A DNA stretch of 64,000 nucleotides from Polyangiaceae bacterium. Lineage in GTDB: Bacteria > Myxococcota_A > Polyangia > Polyangiales > Polyangiaceae. Where the stretch lies: contig JBILLK010000012.1 in the NCBI GenBank assembly GCA_044376115.1, forward strand, positions 160,001-224,000, given 5' to 3'. Shown one piece after another: positions 9,833-22,479 of the stretch. The position numbers were made by a program, and so were the translations under genes. The notes under the pieces were generated by a model, which ran no database searches, had not been told where the DNA came from, and was given only the letters and a program-made list of their open reading frames with translations. Position 1 is the first letter of the stretch; each line of letters starts with the position of its first letter.

Positions 9833-11668
9833 CTACGGAACGGGAACAAGGATCACGACCAGGGGCGCGTCTCGGAGGCCCTTCTCGACTGTAAGCTTTC
9901 CACAATGAAGCTCGATGATGCTGCGGGAAAGCCCGAGCGCCAGTGTCAATCCGCGGCCGCCCGCAGCAAGCCCCTGCTCAAACAGAGCTCGAAGCTCTCC
10001 ATCCGTCAACGTAGACGATTCATCGTATTGCACCTCCACGCGACACGCCGAGAGCCTTCTGGCGAACGACGCTCTCGCCACCACCCGTGAAGGCGCACCG
10101 TCGAGCGTTGGGGAGCGCATGGCGTGCGCCAAAATCAGCGCCAGAGCGCGCGATAGGTAGACGGGATCTCCCAAAACGCTCGGATGTACGTCCGCAAGTT
10201 CTAATCGGACATCCGAGGTCGCAGGAGCCAGCCGCCTTGCGAGGCGGCTCGCATCCGAAAACCACACTCGCACATCAACAACGGTAGTAGTCAACGCGAG
10301 TTGCCCGGCGTCGACCCGTGCCGCATCCAAGATTGTCTCGATCAACGCAACCAGCTCGCGACCTCTCGTTGAAATAAGTTCCAGGCTCTCACGCTGCGCC
10401 GAACTGAGCGGCTCGTTATCAATTGACTCAGCGAAACCAACAATTGCGTTGAGCGGACTCTTAAGGTCATGGCTTACGCTCGCAAAGAGCAGACCGCGAG
10501 TGCGTTGAGCGACCTCCTTCGCCTCGAGCGTCCGCTCCTGCGCTGCTGCAAATACGCGAAAGCGATCCATGAGCTGGCGCGCGGCTGCGAGCAGCTGGTC
10601 TATCGCCAGGAAACGCGCGCTGCTACCGGCATGAGCACCACGCAGAACGGCCTCCGTCCCCAGGCTCGAGAGTTCCTGCGTGGCTCGAGCAATATCGCGA
10701 GACACGATTCGCGCTAATACCAGTGACAAGAGCAGCGCAAGACCCAACACCAAACCCGCGCCAACAGCGAGCGGAAACGTAATCTGAAATCCCAGCTCAC
10801 TTCTGAAGCGGACCCTTGCGTTACCCTGCGGTAGCGACACAGTCGTAAGCAACGTACCTTCTGGCTCCCGCTCCATCGATGCGGGCGCGGAGCCTTCCTT
10901 CAACGAAACCTCATATCCCGCATCGCGCGCGGTTCGGCTTGCTGCCCCTTGGCCGGAACTCCGCAGCGAAGCTCCTGCGCCAATCACCCCTCGGCCCAGC
11001 GCAAAGGCAGTCGCCGCGCGACTCTCGTCATGAATTGAACGTAAGTGCGCATAGGTTGCAAGCACACCGCCAACGCCGACCAAGGCGACTGGCGCGACCA
11101 CGGCGAATACAAGATTGACACGACTCAACCGCCGCGGAGCGCCTGTAGTCGAGAGTTCAATGAGGTGGCTCGTTACCGTGTCGAGCGGCGAGGACTCGAG
11201 TAGACGGCCCACGCGAGATTGAACGAGAACGTACCCTGGTACACCAGTCGCCAACGTACTTACCCAACCAAACACGACGAACTCATGCGCTACGGCGACC
11301 GATAGCTCAGCCGGCCTAAGCAGTAGAAACGCAAAGCCCGCTACAAAGCCTACAACCAGGTGCACGACGAGGGTCTGAAGTGGCACTGAGCGCAGTAGTG
11401 CCACGTCAGACTCCTCTACTGCATTCGATCCCAACGCCAGGCTCCGCAGCAAGAAGCGATGCCGTCTGATAATTGAGTAAGTGGCAAGCGAACTCGCCAG
11501 GATCACCCCAAGCGCGATCACAAAGGCTCTAGCGACGACCTGCTCGGCGAGTTCGCCATTGATACGCAGCATAATGGGACCAAACAAAGAAAGAATAATG
11601 AGGGAGGTGAGGCCCATCACCCCTTGCTGCAACACAGTTATCTTATTGAAGGTTAGTGCCACTCTCAC
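9833..11668 (-). CDS. Membrane sensor histidine kinase-like protein with degenerate ATPase domain
   Basis: Multiple TM helices; H-box SVSHDLKSPLNAI; N, G1 and G2 boxes degenerate. Confidence 0.85.
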   Translation of the reverse strand: MRVALTFNKITVLQQGVMGLTSLIILSLFGPIMLRINGELAEQVVARAFVIALGVILASSLATYSIIRRHRFLLRSLALGSNAVEESDVALLRSVPLQTLVVHLVVGFVAGFAFLLLRPAELSVAVAHEFVVFGWVSTLATGVPGYVLVQSRVGRLLESSPLDTVTSHLIELSTTGAPRRLSRVNLVFAVVAPVALVGVGGVLATYAHLRSIHDESRAATAFALGRGVIGAGASLRSSGQGAASRTARDAGYEVSLKEGSAPASMEREPEGTLLTTVSLPQGNARVRFRSELGFQITFPLAVGAGLVLGLALLLSLVLARIVSRDIARATQELSSLGTEAVLRGAHAGSSARFLAIDQLLAAARQLMDRFRVFAAAQERTLEAKEVAQRTRGLLFASVSHDLKSPLNAIVGFAESIDNEPLSSAQRESLELISTRGRELVALIETILDAARVDAGQLALTTTVVDVRVWFSDASRLARRLAPATSDVRLELADVHPSVLGDPVYLSRALALILAHAMRSPTLDGAPSRVVARASFARRLSACRVEVQYDESSTLTDGELRALFEQGLAAGGRGLTLALGLSRSIIELHCGKLTVEKGLRDAPLVVILVPVP

Positions 11669-13185
11669 GGACTACTCACCGGCGGGGGCAGAATCGAGGT
11701 TAAGCTGGCGTCAGGAACCTCTTGCTCCGCGTTGATGGCCAGAGGCAGTGTTGCGACGAATCGCGACCCCCCCGCTGGATTGGTCTCCACCCATACTCCA
11801 CCACCGTGCAGTTCAACCAAACGCTTCACCGTAGCCAAGCCAAGGCCGGCACCACCATGCCGGAGGTGCGTCTGCGCAACCTGCTTGTAGGCCTCGAATA
11901 TCGTCAACCGTGCGTTCTCCGGGACCCCGAGTCCAGTATCGTCCACGCTCAACAGCACCATGTCTCCGCGCGTCTCGAGACTCACGGTAACTGACCCACG
12001 GGACGTAAACTTCACCGCATTAGAAACGAGATTGGTAACGATCTGCCGTACCCGACGTTTATCAACATTGGCGAACACGGGCTGTGGAGACTCTACGGCG
12101 AGTCGAAGCCCCTTGTGCTTCGCCAATGCCCGAGCCTCCCTCACAACCTCACTGCAAAGCTTGCTCAGCTCCACAACCCCGCGACTCAGCTTGAGCTGAT
12201 CGACCTCCAGCAGAGAGAGATCGAGAATATCGTCAATCAGAGTCCGCAGATGCTCGCCACTAGTTCGTATTACCTCAATTGACTCTCGCGTATCGACTGT
12301 GAGAGGGCCGTCTACTTCGGATTCGAGGACGTGCGAAAAGCCAAGGATCGCGTTTAGAGGAGTACGTAGCTCGTGGCTGAGCCCGGCGAGGAACTCAAGG
12401 CGATCCTTGTCGGTTTGCGCCGCCTCCAAGAGGTCAGCACGGTAGCTCTTTTCAGCGGCGGTGAAGCGGTCCACAAGGATGTTGAACGCCGCGGTCAGTT
12501 GACCGACCTCGTCGAAGCTACGCACCGGGATTGTTACGTCACTGGCCTGGGTCCTGTGGCTAACCAATAGAGAGTCTTGCTCTTTGCGCGGGCCAGCCTT
12601 TGGACTAGCAAGGCCGCGAATTCGTTCACCTACATAGAGAATTTCGCTATTGGCCGCCCGCGCGTAGCTGGAGGTTACTGCTACAGCAAGCCCGATCAGC
12701 AACGCGGTCAGAGCGAGTACGGCGCTGGCGAAGTCGCGTGCCTCAATGGGCTCGCTCGGGGCCTCGATGAAGGCGATGACCGAAAGATGTTCCAGCGGGG
12801 GCCCCAAGGGGTGACTGGCAAAGCGGAATCGACCTCGATCGTCCTCGGTCACCCCCTCCCCAGCAACCAGGAAGTCATGCAGCTGGGCTGTCGTTGAAGC
12901 ATGTTTGCCCTCATCCACAACCGCGCTGCCATCCGACTGCGTGAGCACAACGTTCAAGTCGGCTTCACGAGCAACTGCTCGCAACAGGGGCTCGCGATCC
13001 TCGAGCGCGGTAAAGCGCAGACGACTTGCTAACGTGCCAGCAATTACGCGCGCCCTATGCTGTGCCTCGAGGTCCGTTTCCCTTCGGATCTGATTTCGGC
13101 CGATTACAACCACAACCACGGCCGCGACGAGCCCGAGCACAACCACGAGTGCTGGTGCCGCGAGTTGAAGGGGCAGTTTTCGCAT
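11665..13185 (-). CDS. Membrane sensor histidine kinase (HAMP, HisKA, HATPase)
   Basis: Two TM helices, DEVGQLTAAFN, SHELRTPLNAI, NLVSNAVKFT, DTGLGV, GAGLGLA. Confidence 0.95.
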   Translation of the reverse strand: MRKLPLQLAAPALVVVLGLVAAVVVVVIGRNQIRRETDLEAQHRARVIAGTLASRLRFTALEDREPLLRAVAREADLNVVLTQSDGSAVVDEGKHASTTAQLHDFLVAGEGVTEDDRGRFRFASHPLGPPLEHLSVIAFIEAPSEPIEARDFASAVLALTALLIGLAVAVTSSYARAANSEILYVGERIRGLASPKAGPRKEQDSLLVSHRTQASDVTIPVRSFDEVGQLTAAFNILVDRFTAAEKSYRADLLEAAQTDKDRLEFLAGLSHELRTPLNAILGFSHVLESEVDGPLTVDTRESIEVIRTSGEHLRTLIDDILDLSLLEVDQLKLSRGVVELSKLCSEVVREARALAKHKGLRLAVESPQPVFANVDKRRVRQIVTNLVSNAVKFTSRGSVTVSLETRGDMVLLSVDDTGLGVPENARLTIFEAYKQVAQTHLRHGGAGLGLATVKRLVELHGGGVWVETNPAGGSRFVATLPLAINAEQEVPDASLTSILPPPVSSP

Positions 13186-13355
13186 CGAGAAACTTACTTG
13201 AGCCTATCCGACTCAGCCCAACTCGACGGAACCGTCGTTGTCGAGCTTCGAATGTAGACAGGACGGGCGTCACCGCGAAGAGGCGTCCGGTCTACGTATG
13301 ACGGATTCTCCGGTTCGATCGACTCTTCAAACGTGTAGTAGCTTCGCTTTACCGC

Positions 13356-13930
13356 TCAGAAGCCATCAGTCGCAAGCAACGCGAAGGTTGCGTGATCCAG
13401 CCAACGGCCATCACACCACTCCGCCTGCCGCGCGATACCTTCGAAGCGAAAGCCGAGCCGGCCGATCACTTTGAGCGAGCGATGATTGTCAGTTGAAGCT
13501 GCGACCTTTGTGCGGTGAACAGCCATGCGACGGAACGCGAACTCGACGCAGCCACGAGCCGCCTCCGTCATGAACCCTCGGCTGTGGGCCTCATTTCGAA
13601 GCCAATAGCCTAGCTCCACAGAGCGATGCATGTGGACGCATTGCTCGAGCCCAACAATACCGAGCAACGAACCTGTGCCCTTCTCGCGGATGGTAAAGCG
13701 AATCGCGCGTCCCTGGTCCCAGTCGGCCGCACAGGCCTCGGCAAACCGCCCGCTCGAAACCGGGTCGACATGATATTGGACCCAAGGAAGCCACCGCTGA
13801 AGCGTCGCGCGCGAGCCGTTCACCGCAAACCAAAGGTCGTGACCATCTGCTGGATCGACCGGCAGCAAGAGCAGCCGCTCTGTCTCGACGGGACGCTTGT
13901 GAAGGTCCGAACGCGAGGGAATCGCAAGCA

Positions 13931-13931
<1 letters not shown>
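13356..13931 (-). CDS. RimJ/RimL-type GNAT N-acetyltransferase
   Basis: ETERLLL, ELGYWL...GFMTEAA, N..S.KV..RLGF..EG. Confidence 0.9.
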
Positions 13932-17019
<3,088 letters not shown>

Positions 17020-17203
17020 CCAGTCAGCCAAGTTTCGCGAGCGGTCGACGGCGCCCAGTGGCGCGCGGCGACCAATACTCCACCAAAGGTGGATGCAGTG
17101 AACAGAATGACGCGTGCCTTCTGCGAGAAGGACGGCCGAAGGCCCCACTGGTCCTTCGACTTGGCACGAGTCAGTTACCAACCATGAGGAACGAAGGAAC
17201 GCC

Positions 17204-18610
17204 ATGACACCGAAAGAGGTCATCGAGTACGCAACGAAGAACAACGTCGAATACCTAGACCTGAAGTTTGTCGACCTGCCCGGCATGCTCCAGCACACGA
17301 CGTTGCCGGTTAACCGGCTGGATGAAGCGCTGTTTGAGGACGGCATCGGATTCGACGGCTCATCGATTCGGGGATGGCAGCCGATCAACGCCTCGGACAT
17401 GTCGATGATACCGATGGCCGAGACGGCCAAACTCGACCCCTTCTACAAACGGCCGACGCTCAGCCTATTGTGCAAGATCGTCGACCCGATCACGGGCCAA
17501 CCGTATGGCCGTGATCCCCGCTACATCGCACAAAAGGCGGAAGCGCATCTTCGGGCGAGCGGCATTGCTGACACTTCGTATTTCGGGCCGGAAGCAGAGT
17601 TCTTCCTGTTCGACTCCGTCCGCTACGAGAACGCCCAGAAGGGAGCGTTCTACGAAATCGACAGCGCTGAGGCTCACTGGAATACCGGTACCGCGTCGCT
17701 CGGACACAAGGTTCGACCGAAGGAGGGCTACTTCCCCGTCCCACCGAACGACACGTTGGGAGATATCCGCAACGACATCATGAGCACCCTCACTGAGACC
17801 GGGATCACGGTCGAAGTGGGCCACCACGAAGTGGCCGCAGCAGGTCAGTGCGAAGTGGGCATCAAGTTCAACACCCTGACCAAGATGGCCGACGACCTGC
17901 TCTGGTTCAAATACGTGGTGAAGAACGTTGCGCGCAGGCACGGAAAAACCGCGACCTTCATGCCGAAGCCCGTGTTCGGCGACAACGGCAGCGGCATGCA
18001 CTGCCATCAGTCACTATGGAAGGCCGGCAAGCCACTGTTCGCAGGCGACGGCTATGCAGGCATGAGCGAAATCGGGTTGCACTACATTGGTGGCATCCTC
18101 AAGCACGCCAAGGCGCTCGCGGCGCTGACCAACCCGACGACGAACAGCTATCGACGCTTGGTTCCCGGCTATGAAGCGCCGGTTAATCTCGCGTATTCAA
18201 GCCGCAACCGCTCCGCGTCGATCCGTATCCCCGTTGTTGCGGGCAACTCGGCGAAGGCTCGTCGCATTGAGGTGCGCTTCCCCGATGCCACGTGCAACCC
18301 GTACTTGGCGTTCGCTGCGATGATGATGGCCGGCCTCGACGGCGTCATCAACAAGATCGACCCGGGCGATCCGCTCGACAAGGACATCTACGCGCTCTCA
18401 CCCGAAGAGCTCAAGAACGTCCCCACGATGCCTGGCTCGCTAACCGAGGGAATTGATGCCCTCCGCAAGGACCATGAGTTCCTCCTCCGCGGCGACGTCT
18501 TCACACAGGACCTGCTTGAAACGTGGATCGACTACAAGATTGAGCGTGAAGTGGATCCGGTTCGGCTGCGCCCGGTCCCCTACGAGTTCTACCTCTACTT
18601 CGACGTCTGA
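17204..18610 (+). CDS. glnA: Glutamine synthetase type I
   Basis: [59 protein letters not shown] before ATG 17204. Confidence 0.98.
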   Translation: MTPKEVIEYATKNNVEYLDLKFVDLPGMLQHTTLPVNRLDEALFEDGIGFDGSSIRGWQPINASDMSMIPMAETAKLDPFYKRPTLSLLCKIVDPITGQPYGRDPRYIAQKAEAHLRASGIADTSYFGPEAEFFLFDSVRYENAQKGAFYEIDSAEAHWNTGTASLGHKVRPKEGYFPVPPNDTLGDIRNDIMSTLTETGITVEVGHHEVAAAGQCEVGIKFNTLTKMADDLLWFKYVVKNVARRHGKTATFMPKPVFGDNGSGMHCHQSLWKAGKPLFAGDGYAGMSEIGLHYIGGILKHAKALAALTNPTTNSYRRLVPGYEAPVNLAYSSRNRSASIRIPVVAGNSAKARRIEVRFPDATCNPYLAFAAMMMAGLDGVINKIDPGDPLDKDIYALSPEELKNVPTMPGSLTEGIDALRKDHEFLLRGDVFTQDLLETWIDYKIEREVDPVRLRPVPYEFYLYFDV

Positions 18611-18628
18611 CCTGGTCGCTACAAGACG

Positions 18629-18667
18629 AAGGCCTCACTGGTTTCACCGGTGAGGCCTTTTGCTTTT
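18629..18667 (+). terminator. Rho-independent terminator of glnB-glnA
   Basis: AAGGCCTCACTGG-TTTCA-CCGGTGAGGCCTT followed by TTGCTTTT. Confidence 0.85.
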
Positions 18668-18707
18668 GGAATAACGCATCAACCTTCGGTTGAAGGCGAC
18701 GGGTGGC

Positions 18708-19502
18708 TCAGCTGGCTTGCGTCACCCGCTCGCTTGGCCCGCGCATCGTGGCTTGCTCCACGCCATCGTAAACCGCGCCAACGGGGTTACGGAAGGTGCC
18801 CCAAAGTCGGTCGCAGATAGTGAAGAACTGGCCGTAGTTGTGCTTGTTCGCCTTGTGATGGAGGGTGTGGCAAGCCGTGAAGTTCACGAGCGGGTTTCGG
18901 ACCCAGGTCACTCGCTCGTGAATGAACGTGGACCACACCTGCAAGAAGATGATGAACCCTGCGTAGACTCCAACGTGGACTGGGAACAGGAATGCGCACA
19001 GGTGATGTGGAACCGCCTGCATGAAGCTATCCACTGGGTGAAACGCCATACTCGTCCATGGTGATGGCTGGCGAAATTGATGATGGTGAAGGTGAAGGTG
19101 CTTGTAGAGGAAGGGAACGTGCAGGATGCGGTGAGCCCAATAAACAAGCGGCTCGGTGATGACGAGGATCGCCACCACGCTCCCGATCAAGTACGGCCAC
19201 CCGCGCTCACTAACGTCAAAGTAGACCTTCGATTGCCCCTGCACGATCCAGTGATGAACCGGCGCCGTTAGGATGCCGTTGCCCACGACGTTATAAAACG
19301 CCCACTTCCATTCCTTCTTCCGCTGCTCGCGTTCCTTCTGAACGTCGTCGTTGGGAAAGAATCGGGAGCGTCGCAGCACGCAGTAGTAGAGCCAGCTCGT
19401 CCCCGAGGTGATTGGGAAAAAGAGCAGCCCACCGATGGTAAGCGCGAGGAAGGAGCCCAGTAGGGTCTTGGGGGCAATGATGGCTTCGAGGAAGGGATGC
19501 AC
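18708..19502 (-). CDS. Sterol desaturase / fatty acid hydroxylase family protein (C-5 desaturase-like)
   Basis: Three His boxes HRILH, HLHHH and HTLHH, plus AFHPVD and NYGQFFT..DRLWGT. Confidence 0.9.
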   Translation of the reverse strand: MHPFLEAIIAPKTLLGSFLALTIGGLLFFPITSGTSWLYYCVLRRSRFFPNDDVQKEREQRKKEWKWAFYNVVGNGILTAPVHHWIVQGQSKVYFDVSERGWPYLIGSVVAILVITEPLVYWAHRILHVPFLYKHLHLHHHQFRQPSPWTSMAFHPVDSFMQAVPHHLCAFLFPVHVGVYAGFIIFLQVWSTFIHERVTWVRNPLVNFTACHTLHHKANKHNYGQFFTICDRLWGTFRNPVGAVYDGVEQATMRGPSERVTQAS

Positions 19503-19725
19503 GCCCAGATCTCCGGCGACAAGGGCCCACCAAGGCGATGAGCGGCCTTCCTGTTAGCAGAATCGCAAAGGAGCGTCTCTCGGTTGAAGCATGGGTGAAC
19601 AGGTATGAAGGCCAATCTGCCTGCGTGCACCCTGCTCGGCCGAACCGACGCTGGTAGATTTTCAACGCCAGCATCGAAGTTTCCAGAACAAATCGGTCGC
19701 GCTTGGTTTACGTTCGGGCCGGAGC

Positions 19726-20796
19726 GTGCAATCCGGCGAACTTATTCAGTCGCGCTATCGCCTCAACCGTCTGCTCGGTTCGGGTGCTAGTGGATCCGTG
19801 TGGGCCGCGAAGAACGAGCTCATCGATCGCGACGTTGCGCTCAAGATCATGCGGCCCGACGTGGCGGAAGAGCCCGTGGCGCTGCAACGCTTCTTTAACG
19901 AGGCGAAGGCTAGCGGCCGCGTTCGGAGCTCAAGCATCGTTGAGATTCTCGACCTCGGGCAGGCAGAGAACGGCTCTCCCTTCCTCGTCTTCGAGTTACT
20001 CGACGGCGAGGGGCTCGACCAGCGACTCGGGCGTGAGTCTACGCTCGACCCCGAGTTCGGCTGCGAGATGTTCGTCGCCGTCGCAAAGGCGCTGGATCTA
20101 GCGCACAGCCAAGGCATCATTCACCGCGACCTGAAGCCGGCCAACATCTACCTGCACCGAGATCCCGAAGGAAATTTCGTCGCAAAGATCCTGGACTTCG
20201 GGATCAGCAAGGTGTTCGAAACCAACAACAACTTCACGCTCACTCACGCTGGGACGGTCGTCGGTTCGCCGGCGTACATGTCGCCCGAGCAGGCTTCGGG
20301 ACGCGAGGATCTCGACGGGCGTGCTGACGTTTGGTCGCTGGGCGTAGTGATGTATGAGGCCTTCTCCGGCACGCTTCCCCACGAAGCGCCGAACTACAAC
20401 GCGTTGATGGTGCGGATTCTCACGCAAGACGTTGATCCGCTGGTTACGCGCAAGCCGGACCTGCCGCTAGCTCTCGCAACGGTGGTGGACGCGTGTTTGC
20501 GCAGAGAACGCGATCAGCGCACCTCATCGGCTGGCGTGGTGGCGCAACAGCTCGAGCGGGCGCTCAATGAATTGCGCGCCCTTCGCTTTCGTTCTGCAGG
20601 CAGGCGCGCCTCGGATCGGGCCCAGGGCAATTTCAAGCGTCGCGCCACCGACTTCGCGCCGGAACAACCTGGAAAAAACCGCATACCGGCGAGCATTGCC
20701 AATGCTCCGGCGCCGCAGAAATTGCTGATCGCGGCTGGACTGGGAGCCGTCCTCGGCGGCTGCCTCGTGGCAATCCTGTTCTTGCTCTTACGCTAG
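19726..20796 (+). CDS. Ser/Thr protein kinase with C-terminal membrane anchor
   Basis: LGSGASGSV, VALK, HRDLKPAN, DFG, GSPAYMSPE; terminal hydrophobic helix. Confidence 0.93.
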   Translation: MQSGELIQSRYRLNRLLGSGASGSVWAAKNELIDRDVALKIMRPDVAEEPVALQRFFNEAKASGRVRSSSIVEILDLGQAENGSPFLVFELLDGEGLDQRLGRESTLDPEFGCEMFVAVAKALDLAHSQGIIHRDLKPANIYLHRDPEGNFVAKILDFGISKVFETNNNFTLTHAGTVVGSPAYMSPEQASGREDLDGRADVWSLGVVMYEAFSGTLPHEAPNYNALMVRILTQDVDPLVTRKPDLPLALATVVDACLRRERDQRTSSAGVVAQQLERALNELRALRFRSAGRRASDRAQGNFKRRATDFAPEQPGKNRIPASIANAPAPQKLLIAAGLGAVLGGCLVAILFLLLR

Positions 20797-21389
20797 GCCT
20801 CGTCGCACACCATGTAGCCGTCGGGCAAACCGCTCCGGCTGTCTGTGCAGGTGCCTTCGGTGCACGTGTCGGGTGTCTCATTGCAAAGCTCCGAGACGCC
20901 GTCACATTGAGGCACACACTTTGTACCGCTCATCTCGTCGCCGCAACACGACAGGCCGCCACAATCCTCAGGTCCATCACAGGCGGCTGCAACGAATGGG
21001 CCCTCACATGTATCAGAGCACGAGGCCGACCCCGCGCCATTGTTGAAGCAGCAGACCTGGTTGACGCATAGGTCTCCGTTGCAATTGACTGAGACGACCG
21101 AGGTTGCGCCACCACCTCCGTCAGCGCTCGAACCTCCAACAGAGCTCGAGCCTCCTACGGCGCGGGAGCCTCCATCAGCGCTCGAGCCTCCGTCAGCGCT
21201 CGAACCGCCGCTCGAGGCACCACCATTGATTGCAGCGCCGCCGGTAGAACCTCCCGCTGAAGAACCTCCATCGAGGCTGGTTCCACCAGCACCACCGCGG
21301 CCCGGACTTTCACCACCGAACCCAAACTGGTCAAAGTCCTGCGTGCAACTGGACAGAGCGAGGGCAACAACGAAGGAAGCGAATCGCAT
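20793..21389 (-). CDS. Lipoprotein with Gly/Ser repeats and Cys-rich C-terminal domain
   Basis: Lipobox LSSC; GGSS repeats; CC...CDGPEDC....CC domain. Confidence 0.8.
   Translation of the reverse strand: MRFASFVVALALSSCTQDFDQFGFGGESPGRGGAGGTSLDGGSSAGGSTGGAAINGGASSGGSSADGGSSADGGSRAVGGSSSVGGSSADGGGGATSVVSVNCNGDLCVNQVCCFNNGAGSASCSDTCEGPFVAAACDGPEDCGGLSCCGDEMSGTKCVPQCDGVSELCNETPDTCTEGTCTDSRSGLPDGYMVCDEA
21119..21225 (-). repeat. Imperfect 18-bp tandem repeat encoding GGSSAD-like hexapeptides
   Basis: Units resembling TCAGCGCTCGARCCTCCR on the + strand; peptide GGSSADGGSSADGGSRAVGGSSSVGGSSAD. Confidence 0.75.
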
Positions 21390-21401
21390 AAGTTCCTCGG
21401 A

Positions 21402-22388
21402 TTAGAAACGTACCTTGAATGCAGCGCTGGTGGGCCCAACCTGCACAACGGCGTCCTCACCGTTCAGCACCACGCCTGGAATCAGCAACGCCAAGCCAAG
21501 AGCGGCCGAACCAAACCCCGCAGCGGCAGCGATGTTTGCAACGAGTTTGTCGGTCTCGGCCGCCTCCACATCGTTCTTGAGCGACGGGGGACAGACCTTG
21601 TTGGGGCACTCGGCCGCGAATTGCGCCTCATGATCGAGCGTCATTACCCCGAACACGGTGAAGGTTGCGATTCCACCCGCGCCGAGCGCGAGGAAGACTC
21701 CCCCAGCGGCCATGAGCGGAATCGCGTGCGAGCTACCCTCGTCAGCGGGCGGGGGCACAGCGGGTTTTGGTGAAGACTCCACCGTCTCCCCAGTGGGGGC
21801 GACCGCGAAATCGACAACCAGCTCCGCTCCGGCGGTGGCGTTGACTGAGCGGGTTTCCCGACCCGTTTCGGGACCGAAGACAACCACCACGGGCCCTGGT
21901 GTGACAGCGACGGAGTGGAGCGGGGAGACCGCCTGACCGCCGATGAAAACAGGTCCCACTCGCGCTCCGAGCTCAAAACGGAGCCGCGCAACCCGTCCGG
22001 TGATTTCGTTGCGAGCGGCAAGAGCGTCAGCATGTGAAGTTGCGTACTTCGCTTGATCCTCGGCTTGCGACGCCAGCTCGGCCGCTTCGTCGTAAGCGTT
22101 GTAGGCCTCGGCCCAACGCTCGAGGCCAGCAAGCTGATGCGCAATCAACAGCTTCGTGTTTGGACTTGCGACGATTTCGAAGGACGCCTGAAAGGCCGCC
22201 AGCGCAGCCGAGCGCTCACCGCGCTGCACCTTCCCGAGCCCATCCGTGAACAGCTGTTGCGACGCCGACTTCTGCTCCGCCGAAGCCTTTGACACGGGAA
22301 CGCCGGCCGCGTGGGCTTGGGTGAGACGAACGCTAAAGCCGGCGATGACGACTGCGTGAAACAGGAGACGCCGTAGCAACGAACCCAC
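21402..22388 (-). CDS. Exported TPR plus PEGA-like protein with C-terminal hydrophobic segments
   Basis: Signal peptide, TPR-like helices, beta-sandwich-like segment, two hydrophobic helices, terminal Phe. Confidence 0.75.
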   Translation of the reverse strand: MGSLLRRLLFHAVVIAGFSVRLTQAHAAGVPVSKASAEQKSASQQLFTDGLGKVQRGERSAALAAFQASFEIVASPNTKLLIAHQLAGLERWAEAYNAYDEAAELASQAEDQAKYATSHADALAARNEITGRVARLRFELGARVGPVFIGGQAVSPLHSVAVTPGPVVVVFGPETGRETRSVNATAGAELVVDFAVAPTGETVESSPKPAVPPPADEGSSHAIPLMAAGGVFLALGAGGIATFTVFGVMTLDHEAQFAAECPNKVCPPSLKNDVEAAETDKLVANIAAAAGFGSAALGLALLIPGVVLNGEDAVVQVGPTSAAFKVRF

Positions 22389-22479
22389 CTCGGGAGGTTA
22401 CACCGACAGCCTCACAAGCGCGATATACCCAATGGGCTTGCTTGACGCGCTGCAATTGGTGCGCAACTTCCTTCCACCG

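Noticed and set aside
13222..13295. Two hairpins between the GNAT and histidine kinase genes
   Set aside because: No U-tract or recognisable motif; such stems are common at this GC content
17161..17178. Canonical sigma54 promoter for glnA
   Set aside because: The -24 element TTGGCACG is perfect, but the GG-N10-GC rule fails (TT at -12); kept only as part of the shared-motif finding
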